Shown: one piece after another, positions 24,768 to 32,475 of the stretch
Layout of the letters: every line of letters starts with the position of its first letter
Position numbering within the stretch: position 1 is the first letter of the stretch
From: Candidatus Buchananbacteria bacterium
Lineage (GTDB): Bacteria > Patescibacteriota > Patescibacteriia > 2-01-FULL-39-33
DNA length: 43,713 nucleotides
NCBI GenBank assembly: GCA_903907165.1
Contig: CAIVNC010000005.1
Location: 1-43,713 of the forward strand
Direction: 5' to 3'
Notes under the pieces: model-generated
What the model saw: the letters and a program-made list of their open reading frames with translations, nothing else
What the model was told of the DNA's origin: nothing
Database searches by the model: none
Program-made: the position numbers and the translations under genes

Positions 24768-25586
24768 CTATTTAATTTCGTAAGAAATACTGACACTAAC
24801 ATCAATTTCCTGACTACCAGCCTCAATTACTGGAGATGGAGCAACAGCTTTAGCCGAGCCAACGCTCAAAGCCATCATGTCATTAGCATAATAATTAGCT
24901 ACTGGACTACTTCCCTCAGAAAAATTAACAATGCGTCCGAGCTTGATACCAACTTGATCAGCCATAACCTTAGCTTTGTCCTTAGCTTCCTTAATGGCCT
25001 TCTCTCTAGCTTGAGCACGCAAAGCGGTTGGATCGTCAATAGTAAATTGAGGTCCATTGACGCTATTAGCACCAAGAGCAGTGACACGACCAAGAACATC
25101 GCCGGCTTTATCTAGATTTCTAACCTTGATCGTCAAAGATTGATTGACAGTGTAGCCAATAATTTTTTGAGTGCCACTAGTCCAATCATATTTCGGACTG
25201 ACGGAATAATTAGCAGTTTGAATATCTTTATCATCAACTTTAAATTCATCTTTGACTGCTTTAGTAATTGCATTCATTTTATCGGTGCTATCTTTTTGAG
25301 CCTGAGCCACGGTAGCGCCATCTGAAATAATACCAACATCAATAATTGCTACATCTGGCTTAGCAATAACTTTTCCTGAGCCATCAACGGTGACTAAATT
25401 TTTGGAATCAGGAGTTTGACCAATATAATAATTGGCCTTCCAGGCATTCATTGCTAAGATCAATAAATAAATACCCAAAATAACTAAAACAATAGCCGCC
25501 ACGATGCCGATGATTTTGTGGTTTGTTCCGCCACAGCAGCAACCGCCGTCTTGGCAATCGCAGTTTTTTCCTTGTTCTCCGCTCAT
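24768..25586 (-). CDS. SIMPL-domain (DUF541) membrane-anchored protein with Cys-rich N-terminal tail
   Basis: 272 aa. N-terminal NCDCQDGGCCCGG, one TM (IIGIVAAIVLVILGIYLLILAM), then a SIMPL-type pattern (V.G.G....PD.A...........A.A.....M..I.....F.V...DI.T...S..P.Y.......I.GY.....L...V..LD.AG..L.....GAN...GP.F..DD......A...A...AK.KA..MA...G.KLG.I.N..E). Confidence 0.75.
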   Translation of the reverse strand: MSGEQGKNCDCQDGGCCCGGTNHKIIGIVAAIVLVILGIYLLILAMNAWKANYYIGQTPDSKNLVTVDGSGKVIAKPDVAIIDVGIISDGATVAQAQKDSTDKMNAITKAVKDEFKVDDKDIQTANYSVSPKYDWTSGTQKIIGYTVNQSLTIKVRNLDKAGDVLGRVTALGANSVNGPQFTIDDPTALRAQAREKAIKEAKDKAKVMADQVGIKLGRIVNFSEGSSPVANYYANDMMALSVGSAKAVAPSPVIEAGSQEIDVSVSISYEIK

Positions 25587-25621
25587 AAATTTTTACTTAT
25601 TTATTTCCGCCAGCTGGCGGA

Positions 25622-26797
25622 TTATTTAATTAGCTTAATAATGCCTGGTAATTTCTTTCCTTCCAAAAACTCCAACATCGCGCCGCCACCAGTTGAGATA
25701 AAATCAAACTTCTTTTCTAGATTCATTTTGCGAATCATCTGCACTGTCTCTCCCCCGCCAACGATTGTCTCGCCCTTGCCCTTGGCCAGGAATTTTATCA
25801 TAGCCATAGTGCCTTTGGCAAAGGCCGGAGTTTCAATCAGTCCCATTGGCCCATTCCAGACGACCATCTTTGATTTAGCAATAATATTTTCATAAAGCTT
25901 AATCGTGTCTGGACCGATATCAAGAATTACCTCACTGTCTTTAATTTTTCCTAGAGCTCCAAGCCGACCAGTTTTGCTTTCGTAATTTGCAGCCATCACG
26001 CCGTCAACCGGCACAATCATTTGATTGTCGGTCAATTTAATTTTTTTGACCTCGGCAAACATCTTCGGCTCAACTAACGATTTACCAACGGATACTCCCA
26101 TAACTTCCAGAACCGTATTAGCTAAAGCGCCTCCAAGCAAAATATGTTTGGCTACCGGCAAGAAATTACGAATCACTTTCATTTTCGTAGAAATTTTAGC
26201 ACCGCCGATGATTACCGTCAATGGTTTTTTTGGTTTTCTTAGGACTTTATCCAAATTAAAAATTTCTTGTTCTAAAAGCAAGCCAGCATAACTTGGCAAA
26301 TAATTTTGCACTGTAGAAACCGAGGCCTGATCGCGATGAGAAACAGCAAAACCATCATTAACAAAAATATCCGCGAGTCCCGCTAGTTGCTTAGCAAAGG
26401 ATTTATCAGCCTTTTCTTCTCGCGCATCAAAACGAACATTTTCCAACAATAAAACATCTCCGTTTTTCATGCCGGCAATAAGCTTGTCAGTTTCCGCTCC
26501 CAAAATTTCCCTGCTCTTCAAAACTTTTTTCTTTAATAATTGAGATAACCTTCTAGCGACTGGCCCTAGACGCAAATCTTCTATAATTTTGCCATCTGGC
26601 CTTCCAAGATGTGCCATCAAAATTACCTTGGCGCCTTTTTTGACTAAAAATTCAATAGTTGGAATGGTTTTGACAATTCGATAGTCCTCGCTTTTACCGA
26701 CCTTGCGATCTTTAGTTAACGGCACATTAAAATCAACGCGGACCAAAACTTTTTGACCCTTGAGATTTTTGAGCTGTTTGATTGATTTAATTTTCAT
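25622..26797 (-). CDS. pgk: Phosphoglycerate kinase
   Basis: 391 aa with canonical PGK motifs (RVDFNVP, AHLGRP, NVRF...E, GGAKISTK, STGGGA.LEFLEGK.LPG). Confidence 0.97.
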   Translation of the reverse strand: MKIKSIKQLKNLKGQKVLVRVDFNVPLTKDRKVGKSEDYRIVKTIPTIEFLVKKGAKVILMAHLGRPDGKIIEDLRLGPVARRLSQLLKKKVLKSREILGAETDKLIAGMKNGDVLLLENVRFDAREEKADKSFAKQLAGLADIFVNDGFAVSHRDQASVSTVQNYLPSYAGLLLEQEIFNLDKVLRKPKKPLTVIIGGAKISTKMKVIRNFLPVAKHILLGGALANTVLEVMGVSVGKSLVEPKMFAEVKKIKLTDNQMIVPVDGVMAANYESKTGRLGALGKIKDSEVILDIGPDTIKLYENIIAKSKMVVWNGPMGLIETPAFAKGTMAMIKFLAKGKGETIVGGGETVQMIRKMNLEKKFDFISTGGGAMLEFLEGKKLPGIIKLIK

Positions 26798-26815
26798 AAT
26801 TATTTAATTTATTTT

Positions 26816-27070
26816 TTATTCAGCATCAACTTCTTTCAGAATCCAATCGCCGCCGGAAATTTTTAATATTTTAACTTCCAATCCTTCAGCAATCCCCCCC
26901 TCAGCTAACAACTTCAAATTAAAAGCTAAATTAGCCGGCAAAATTTCTTCGCCGTGCTCAACAATAGATCCAAGTTCAATCGTCACTGATTTTACTTTTT
27001 GCCAACTATTCTTCTGGGCGTAATCCATGATCGCTCGATAAATCATGTCCGCCAAATGGAAATCATGCAT
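26816..27070 (-). CDS. HypA-like nickel-insertion protein lacking the zinc-ribbon domain
   Basis: 84 aa. N-terminal MHD (compare the HypA MHE Ni-binding motif) and a HypA-like N-domain pattern (A..I.....A......V..V.IE.G........L.F...L...G.IAEG....I). There is not a single Cys, so the CxxC...CxxC Zn site is absent. It lies next to hydrogenase genes. Confidence 0.6.
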   Translation of the reverse strand: MHDFHLADMIYRAIMDYAQKNSWQKVKSVTIELGSIVEHGEEILPANLAFNLKLLAEGGIAEGLEVKILKISGGDWILKEVDAE

Positions 27071-27133
27071 ATGAATAGCTTATAGTTAATGGCTTATAAC
27101 CAATAGTAAATAACACATGAATGATAGTAATTG

Positions 27134-27484
27134 TTATTTTAGACTATTTCTGAAGGCCGTAATTCTCCTTATTAAAATTTCCAATCTATTATATAAATCT
27201 TCAAATTCCTTTTCTTCAATATAATTTCTGTTTTTGGCAATATATAATTCTGAAACAACTTCGGCAGCAGACCTAATGGAATAATTTAGGAATGCTTTAA
27301 ACTCTTTTACTGACTCGCTGGCAGAGCCTTCTGCAATATTTGCCGAAATAGAAACAGCTGCTCTTTTTATTTGACTGCCCAGTCCAAATAATTCCACCTG
27401 TGGAAATTTGTTAGTAGTGTCATAAACTAGATTTGCTGATTTTATTGATTCCTGCCAAATTTCTAAATTTTCAAATCTAAACAT
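27134..27484 (-). CDS. Four-helix-bundle protein (23S rRNA intervening-sequence protein / Avd-like family)
   Basis: 116 aa. Family-typical sequence (F.FE.L.IWQ.S......VY..T..FP..E.FGL.SQI.RAAVSI.ANIAEG........EF..FL..S..S..E..........Y). No obvious SD. The start codon abuts an inverted repeat. Confidence 0.8.
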   Translation of the reverse strand: MFRFENLEIWQESIKSANLVYDTTNKFPQVELFGLGSQIKRAAVSISANIAEGSASESVKEFKAFLNYSIRSAAEVVSELYIAKNRNYIEEKEFEDLYNRLEILIRRITAFRNSLK

Positions 27485-27613
27485 GCGAATGGCTAATAGC
27501 TAATAGCATATGGTACATGATTAATTCTTTGTTATATCTCATAATCTTAAAATAAATTAAATCCATCCTCTAAAAAGCTACTAGCCATAAGCCATATGCT
27601 ATTAGCCATTCGC
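27485..27613. repeat. Long inverted repeat between the hydrogenase large-subunit stop and the four-helix-bundle gene start
   Basis: GCGAATGGCTAATAGC[TAATAGC]ATATGG (27485-27513) is the reverse complement of CCATATGCTATTAGCCATTCGC (27592-27613), apart from a 7-nt tandem duplication in the left arm. The arms are 22 nt and the spacer is ~78 nt. Confidence 0.8.
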
Positions 27614-27616
27614 CAC

Positions 27617-28933
27617 CTAGTGTGTAGCGCAAGAGATACAGGGATCATAAGCGCGAATAAGAGACCTGATTTTTATTGATCTTTTCTTTGGATCCATCTT
27701 CATCAACCCAGGCAAGTACTCCATAATATCCGCTTCCAGATTTTTCAAGAAAGAAACGGTTGGGGTAATGATTGTGCAAGATTTTATAAAACCATTCTTA
27801 TCTATAACATATTCATGATAAAGCGTGCCACGAGGAGCTTCCGTCGCATCAGCGCCCTTGGTTTCTTTGCCAAGAGGATTGGCTCCGCCAATAATTCGGT
27901 TTTTACTTTCCCAACTTTCTTCCGGCTTCAGGGTCTTAGCCGTCTCTTCGAGCAACTGACAAATTTCTTCGAGACAATGGACGAGCTCAATAGACTGAGC
28001 GGGAATATTTAAGAAAGAATTGTACTGCGGTAACTTCCAATGCAAACCGCGTAGTAGTCCCTTGGCTAATTTATTCAACTTGTCAGAATTATTATTGATA
28101 CGAGCGAGAGCTCCAACCATAAACGGCTCGCCATCAAGCTCGGCCGACTTGGCAGCACGGAATGGCTCCTCGACTTCTTTGATATTTTTGGTAAAATCCT
28201 TGGCTGAAATAATCCGATATTCCGGTTTAGCCTTTTTCTTTAAAATCGGTTCTAAGATTTTCAAATCTCCAGAGTAAAATGGATATTCCTTGTCGCTGGT
28301 CATGGAGATAAAAGTTGTCGGCCGGCTGAATTTAGGATATTTTATTTTCATGACCAAATTTGCCAAACCAAGAGCCTGCTTCAATAAAACTTCTCGCTGT
28401 TTGGCTAGATCCTTTAACTCTTCTTCCTTTGGTAAAACTTTAAAACCGCCAATCTCGCAAGCGATAGGATGAATGGCGCGACCACCAATGACTTCAATTA
28501 CCTTGAGCGCCCACTCGCGAAGCTTGATAGCGCTCTCCGCTTCCTTGGGCTGGCGAGAAATAAAATCAAAATCATTTTCTAGATTATAAAAATCGGGCAA
28601 GGACAAGAAAAATAAATGCAAAGCATGACTATGGATCATCTGAGCCAAAAGCATAATTCTCCTGAGTTTTATTGTCTGCTCACTAGGCTTTATTTTGAAA
28701 GCGTTTTCAATAGCCTTGATCGAAGAAATTTTGTGAACCACGGGACAAATACCACAGATGCGAGAAGTAATAACAGGCGCTTCACTGAAATGTCTACCAA
28801 CCAAAATACCCTCAATCAAGCGAGAACCTTCGGTCGTCATTAACTTGGCCGATGTAACATCGCCTTTCAAAATCTCCGCCACAAAATCCGCATGGCCTTC
28901 CATTTTTCCTATATGATTGATTTGTATTTTCAT
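27617..28933 (-). CDS. [NiFe]-hydrogenase large (alpha) subunit, cytoplasmic sulfhydrogenase/group-3b-like
   Basis: 438 aa. N-terminal Ni-Fe ligand motif RICGICPVVH and C-terminal DPCISCATH. The ORF stops directly after the His. Grouping is inferred from the partner subunits (delta, beta, gamma). Confidence 0.9.
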   Translation of the reverse strand: MKIQINHIGKMEGHADFVAEILKGDVTSAKLMTTEGSRLIEGILVGRHFSEAPVITSRICGICPVVHKISSIKAIENAFKIKPSEQTIKLRRIMLLAQMIHSHALHLFFLSLPDFYNLENDFDFISRQPKEAESAIKLREWALKVIEVIGGRAIHPIACEIGGFKVLPKEEELKDLAKQREVLLKQALGLANLVMKIKYPKFSRPTTFISMTSDKEYPFYSGDLKILEPILKKKAKPEYRIISAKDFTKNIKEVEEPFRAAKSAELDGEPFMVGALARINNNSDKLNKLAKGLLRGLHWKLPQYNSFLNIPAQSIELVHCLEEICQLLEETAKTLKPEESWESKNRIIGGANPLGKETKGADATEAPRGTLYHEYVIDKNGFIKSCTIITPTVSFLKNLEADIMEYLPGLMKMDPKKRSIKIRSLIRAYDPCISCATH

Positions 28934-28943
28934 AATTTATTTT

Positions 28944-29273
28944 TTACGCAGCATTATCGTGAACGTGATCCAACTCAATAATATTAGCTCTTTTACTTTT
29001 TTCTTCCTGAAGTAAATTAAAAATGAAACCAACAGCTTTTTCTTCAAACTCATCACCAATCATCATCTCTTCTATCTCCTTGGCATTTCCATTTATAATT
29101 TTTCTAAGGGTATCTGAATTTTCCTTAATCCAAACATGAAATTTTTCTGGGTCTTTCGCATCATCACCCAAATCTTTTAACATTGCCTTGCTCTCTACCA
29201 GCGCAATTGCTTTCACCTCCTCAGGCTTAAATCTCTCTCCGGTCTCCTTAAGTACCTCAGTTGATAGATTCAT
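28944..29273 (-). CDS. Hypothetical acidic protein between the hydrogenase small and large subunit genes
   Basis: 109-aa ORF, tightly packed (4 nt after the delta stop, 10 nt before the alpha start), rich in E/D/K and predicted helical. No family recognised. Confidence 0.55.
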   Translation of the reverse strand: MNLSTEVLKETGERFKPEEVKAIALVESKAMLKDLGDDAKDPEKFHVWIKENSDTLRKIINGNAKEIEEMMIGDEFEEKAVGFIFNLLQEEKSKRANIIELDHVHDNAA

Positions 29274-29277
29274 ATAT

Positions 29278-30078
29278 TTATTTCTTATTTTTCTTTTCCT
29301 CTATTTCTAATTCTTTCATAATTGAATCTCTAGCGCCAAAAACTTCCATCACCCGATAAATCTGATCCTTGGTAAACTTCTTAGTCAAATGTTTCATTAA
29401 ATTTTGGACTTGACCACCTTGCAATAATCCGCGACAACCCCAACAGGCCTGCTTGCTCTTAAGGCAAACTGCGTTGCAACCAGCCAAAGTAATCGGTCCG
29501 AGACAGATCTCCCCTTTTTGCAATAAACATTCATAACCGCGCTTTTGACATTCCAAGCAAACTGGCGTCTGAGGAATTTTTGGCGTTCTGCCTTTTAATA
29601 ATTGATTCGCAATTTCCATAAACTCATCGCCGTCAATTGGACAACCAGGGATCGTCAAATCAACTTTAACAAAATTATCAACTTCTTTAATATCAGGATT
29701 AGCGACTTTCATTTTTTTGTAAACCTCCTTGATCGTCTTTTGCTTATTGCCATAATTCTTGAGTTCCCAAACTCCGCCGAGCGCTGCGCAATTACCAATA
29801 ACAACTAGAGTTTTGCATCTGGCTCTCATGTCCATCAATAACTTGATATTTTCGGCCGTGACAGGATTGCCTTCCACAAAACAAAAATCATACTGCTCTT
29901 TTTCTTTCATGGGCAAATCTTCAACAAGCCTAAATTCTCCAACATCGCATTTGGCTAACCAGTCCAAAAACCTTTTGCCCTTATCGAGCATGGCGAACTG
30001 ACAGCCCTCACAAGAAGTGAGGCCGATAATAGCAATCTTGGGTTTACGGCGACTGGCGCCTATTTTTTTAACTACCAT
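29278..30078 (-). CDS. [NiFe]-hydrogenase small (delta) subunit, NuoB-like with C-terminal Fe-S extension
   Basis: 266 aa. Proximal-cluster motifs (GLTSCEGCQ, GNCAALGG, IPGCP) plus a C-terminal Cys-rich region (CLECQKRGYECLLQKGEICLGPITLAGCNAVCLKSKQACWGCRG). No Tat signal, so it is cytoplasmic. Confidence 0.9.
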   Translation of the reverse strand: MVVKKIGASRRKPKIAIIGLTSCEGCQFAMLDKGKRFLDWLAKCDVGEFRLVEDLPMKEKEQYDFCFVEGNPVTAENIKLLMDMRARCKTLVVIGNCAALGGVWELKNYGNKQKTIKEVYKKMKVANPDIKEVDNFVKVDLTIPGCPIDGDEFMEIANQLLKGRTPKIPQTPVCLECQKRGYECLLQKGEICLGPITLAGCNAVCLKSKQACWGCRGLLQGGQVQNLMKHLTKKFTKDQIYRVMEVFGARDSIMKELEIEEKKNKK

Positions 30079-30220
30079 ATCCTATATTTTAACAAATTTT
30101 TAACTAATGGCCAAATTATTACTAAATTAATTGACCAAAACAAAAAAATCGGCTAAAATGAGGGTGTTCACAGACGTGAGCGGTCGTTCATTCTATTTAA
30201 ACTCCAAGGAGGTAGGCATC

Positions 30221-30928
30221 ATGATTAAATATGTGCCCAATATTCTCACTATTGTCAGAATCATTTTTGCCTTCTTTGTCTTTTTCCTCCTCCTGGCTAT
30301 GTGCTACTACAAGCAACTGGGAATTCAGGAAAATTCGCTGGCGAGCATTCATCTGCTCATTATTTTCCTGGTCTCCACGGCTTCAATCAGCGACGCAGTC
30401 GATGGCAATATCGCCAGAAAGTATAACTGCATCTCCAAATTTGGACAAATCTGGGATCCTCGAGCCGACAAAGCTCTGACCTTTGCCTATTTCCCGCTGA
30501 TTCTCTTGGGCATGGTCAACTTCATTCCGGTGGCTTTGCTTTTTGTTAGAGACTCTCATGTCACCTGGCTTCGAAGCCAAATCAACCGGCCATTTCCCGC
30601 AAGATTATCTGGCAAGTGGAAGACGATCATCAGCTTTCCGCTGATGTGCGTCCTCATCGCCATCATTCCGGTCGAAGGTAATATTTTTCTCTGGTTATTC
30701 AGATTTATTGGCCTGGATTTCATTGCCAAATTTTTCCTGAACTTCCAAAAAGAAATTTCTCTCTTCGGCGGAGCGCTACTTGGCGGATTCTGCGTCTGGT
30801 CTTGGGTGGATTATTACCTCGCCCTCAAGAAAGCCATTCGCGAAGAGACTGGCAAAGTCAAAACCAAAAAGTTAATTCCCGAAGGACTGCGCTTCCGATC
30901 AAAAGTTCAATCAAGCCAGACCTTCTAG
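30221..30928 (+). CDS. CDP-alcohol phosphatidyltransferase family protein (PgsA-like)
   Basis: Motif DAVDGNIARKYNCISKFGQIWDPRADK matches D-x2-D-G-x2-A-R...G-x3-D-x3-D. Multi-TM. AAGGAGG lies 8 nt before the ATG at 30221; the track ORF begins earlier at a TTG. Confidence 0.8.
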   Translation: MIKYVPNILTIVRIIFAFFVFFLLLAMCYYKQLGIQENSLASIHLLIIFLVSTASISDAVDGNIARKYNCISKFGQIWDPRADKALTFAYFPLILLGMVNFIPVALLFVRDSHVTWLRSQINRPFPARLSGKWKTIISFPLMCVLIAIIPVEGNIFLWLFRFIGLDFIAKFFLNFQKEISLFGGALLGGFCVWSWVDYYLALKKAIREETGKVKTKKLIPEGLRFRSKVQSSQTF

Positions 30929-30950
30929 AGCCGACAGCAAAAGATTAGTA

Positions 30951-30985
30951 AAAAAACAAAGCGACCCCACAAAGGCCGCTTTTTT
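30951..30985. terminator. Bidirectional hairpin between the convergent pgsA-like and hypC::hydE-like genes
   Basis: An A-rich run (30951-30960), GCGACC (30961-30966) pairing with GGCCGC (30974-30979) with one mismatch, then T5. This is a weak stem. Confidence 0.45.
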
Positions 30986-30988
30986 AAT

Positions 30989-32251
30989 TTATATTTCAAT
31001 ATTCAATTCCTTTTCCATCATCTGATAACTCAACTCGCCCTTAAACAGCGCCCATTTTTCATATTTTTCACCAGCGTCAAAGAATTTGTTTTCATAAATA
31101 TAATAATCATCTCGATATTTGGCGGGAGTGAGATTAAACATTACCGAATTAGCGCCAGCCATAAAGGCTGATTGCCGGCCATCAGTTGAGCGCATGGTTT
31201 CCATAGCTGTTGTGACAGAAATCCGGCTCTTGGGCATAACTAGCCTTGAAATAGCAATCATTTTTAAAACCATAGAAAAATCAACTTTTGACTCGCCTGC
31301 CAGTGGCGTGTTTTTTGACGGAATAAGCGGACCGAATGATGGCATAAAAGTATCGAGCTCCTTCATTAACAAAACATCATTAGCCAAATCACTAGCCGTT
31401 TGGCCAGGTAAACCGATAATCGAGCCAGTTGCCAGAACGTAGCCCATTTCTTTCAACTTCTTTAAAATATTAATTCGTTCGCTTAAAATATGACCTGGCC
31501 GCATTTCAGCATATAATTTTTCATTGGAACTTTCAAAGCGATACAAAACTCCACCGGCTCCAGCCTGACGAAATTTTTCATATTCCGCAAACGACCTGTC
31601 ACCAATACTTAAGTAAATAAAAACTCGACATTTGCTTTTAATGTCTTTAATTATCTGACAAATTTTTTCTTCGTCAAACCACAAGTCTTCACCGGATTGT
31701 AAAACTAATATCTTGTATCCCCGATCAACCGCCTGGACGGCTGTAGCCACAATTTCCTCAGGCGACATACGATATCTTTTTACCTCATGATTATCGGCGC
31801 GAAGTCCGCAATAAGCGCAGTTATTCCGGCAATAATTAGAAAATTCAATGATACCATGAATGCAAATATGATCTTTTATATTTGATTTGCGAGTAATGTT
31901 AGCTTCCGAATAAAGCGCTTGAAGCAACGCTGAATCTTCTAACTGAAATAAATATTCTAAATCAGATTTAGTCAGAGTTTGTCGTGAAGCCGATTCCAAA
32001 ACTTTTTTAAACTTATCTTCAAGGTTGTCGTAATCTGGTTTTGGGTAAGAAGCGAGCAAATCAAAAATCTCCCGAGCATCTTGCTCATCTATTTTTTTAA
32101 CCAAGAATTCATTGGTATACAAAACCCAATCGCCAGCTTCAATATCATTTACTGGACCCAAGCTTATTTCCAAGTCTTTTGTGCCAGAAGAAATTATAGC
32201 TTTGCCATTTTTACCAACAGATACAACTTTAGCGGGTAACGTTAAACACAT
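30989..32251 (-). CDS. Fusion protein: HypC/HupF-family N-terminal domain + HydE-like radical SAM domain
   Basis: Residues 1-~70 (MCLTLPAKVVSV......A.....G......L..V.....GDWVL.....LV..ID..DA.EIFDLL) match HypC, including the essential Cys2. Residues ~90-420 match HydE-type radical SAM maturases (IIEFSNYCRNNCAYCGLRADN..VKRYRMSPEEIV, LQSGED, GSIIGLPGQT, FGPLIPSKNTPLA, TTAMET). The CX3CX2C motif is at C141/C145/C148. Confidence 0.85.
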   Translation of the reverse strand: MCLTLPAKVVSVGKNGKAIISSGTKDLEISLGPVNDIEAGDWVLYTNEFLVKKIDEQDAREIFDLLASYPKPDYDNLEDKFKKVLESASRQTLTKSDLEYLFQLEDSALLQALYSEANITRKSNIKDHICIHGIIEFSNYCRNNCAYCGLRADNHEVKRYRMSPEEIVATAVQAVDRGYKILVLQSGEDLWFDEEKICQIIKDIKSKCRVFIYLSIGDRSFAEYEKFRQAGAGGVLYRFESSNEKLYAEMRPGHILSERINILKKLKEMGYVLATGSIIGLPGQTASDLANDVLLMKELDTFMPSFGPLIPSKNTPLAGESKVDFSMVLKMIAISRLVMPKSRISVTTAMETMRSTDGRQSAFMAGANSVMFNLTPAKYRDDYYIYENKFFDAGEKYEKWALFKGELSYQMMEKELNIEI

Positions 32252-32315
32252 AAAATAAAAAATTTACCGTTTTGAAGCGGTACTAATAAAATTAAACTGA
32301 AAAGAAATCTCAAAA

Positions 32316-32459
32316 TTAGCTTCTTTTTTTAAACAATAAAGAGATACCTAGAACAATCAGAACAATCGGCCAAACAATTTCCCACTGAATACCAGGCATA
32401 ATGCCAAGGTTTTTCAAAAGAAAAACGGCGCCAAGCACAATTAAAACAACAGCAAACAT
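32316..32459 (-). CDS. Small 2-TM membrane protein (LiaF-TM/DUF5668-like), below the ORF-track cutoff
   Basis: My own translation gives MFAVVLIVLGAVFLLKNLGIMPGIQWEIVWPIVLIVLGISLLFKKRS (47 aa). It lies between the gamma subunit and the hypC::hydE-like gene on the same strand. The repeat-like LG..FLLKNLG / W.WP..LI.LG pattern is typical of that small TM family. Confidence 0.45.
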   Translation of the reverse strand: MFAVVLIVLGAVFLLKNLGIMPGIQWEIVWPIVLIVLGISLLFKKRS

Positions 32460-32475
32460 GTTTTTATATTAATAA

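Noticed and set aside
30989-32251. Taking the HydE-like domain as evidence for an [FeFe]-hydrogenase in this locus
   Set aside because: No H-cluster (HydA) domain, hydF or hydG is present in the window, and the only catalytic subunit has [NiFe] motifs. HydE homologs also serve other pathways, so only the fusion itself is reported.
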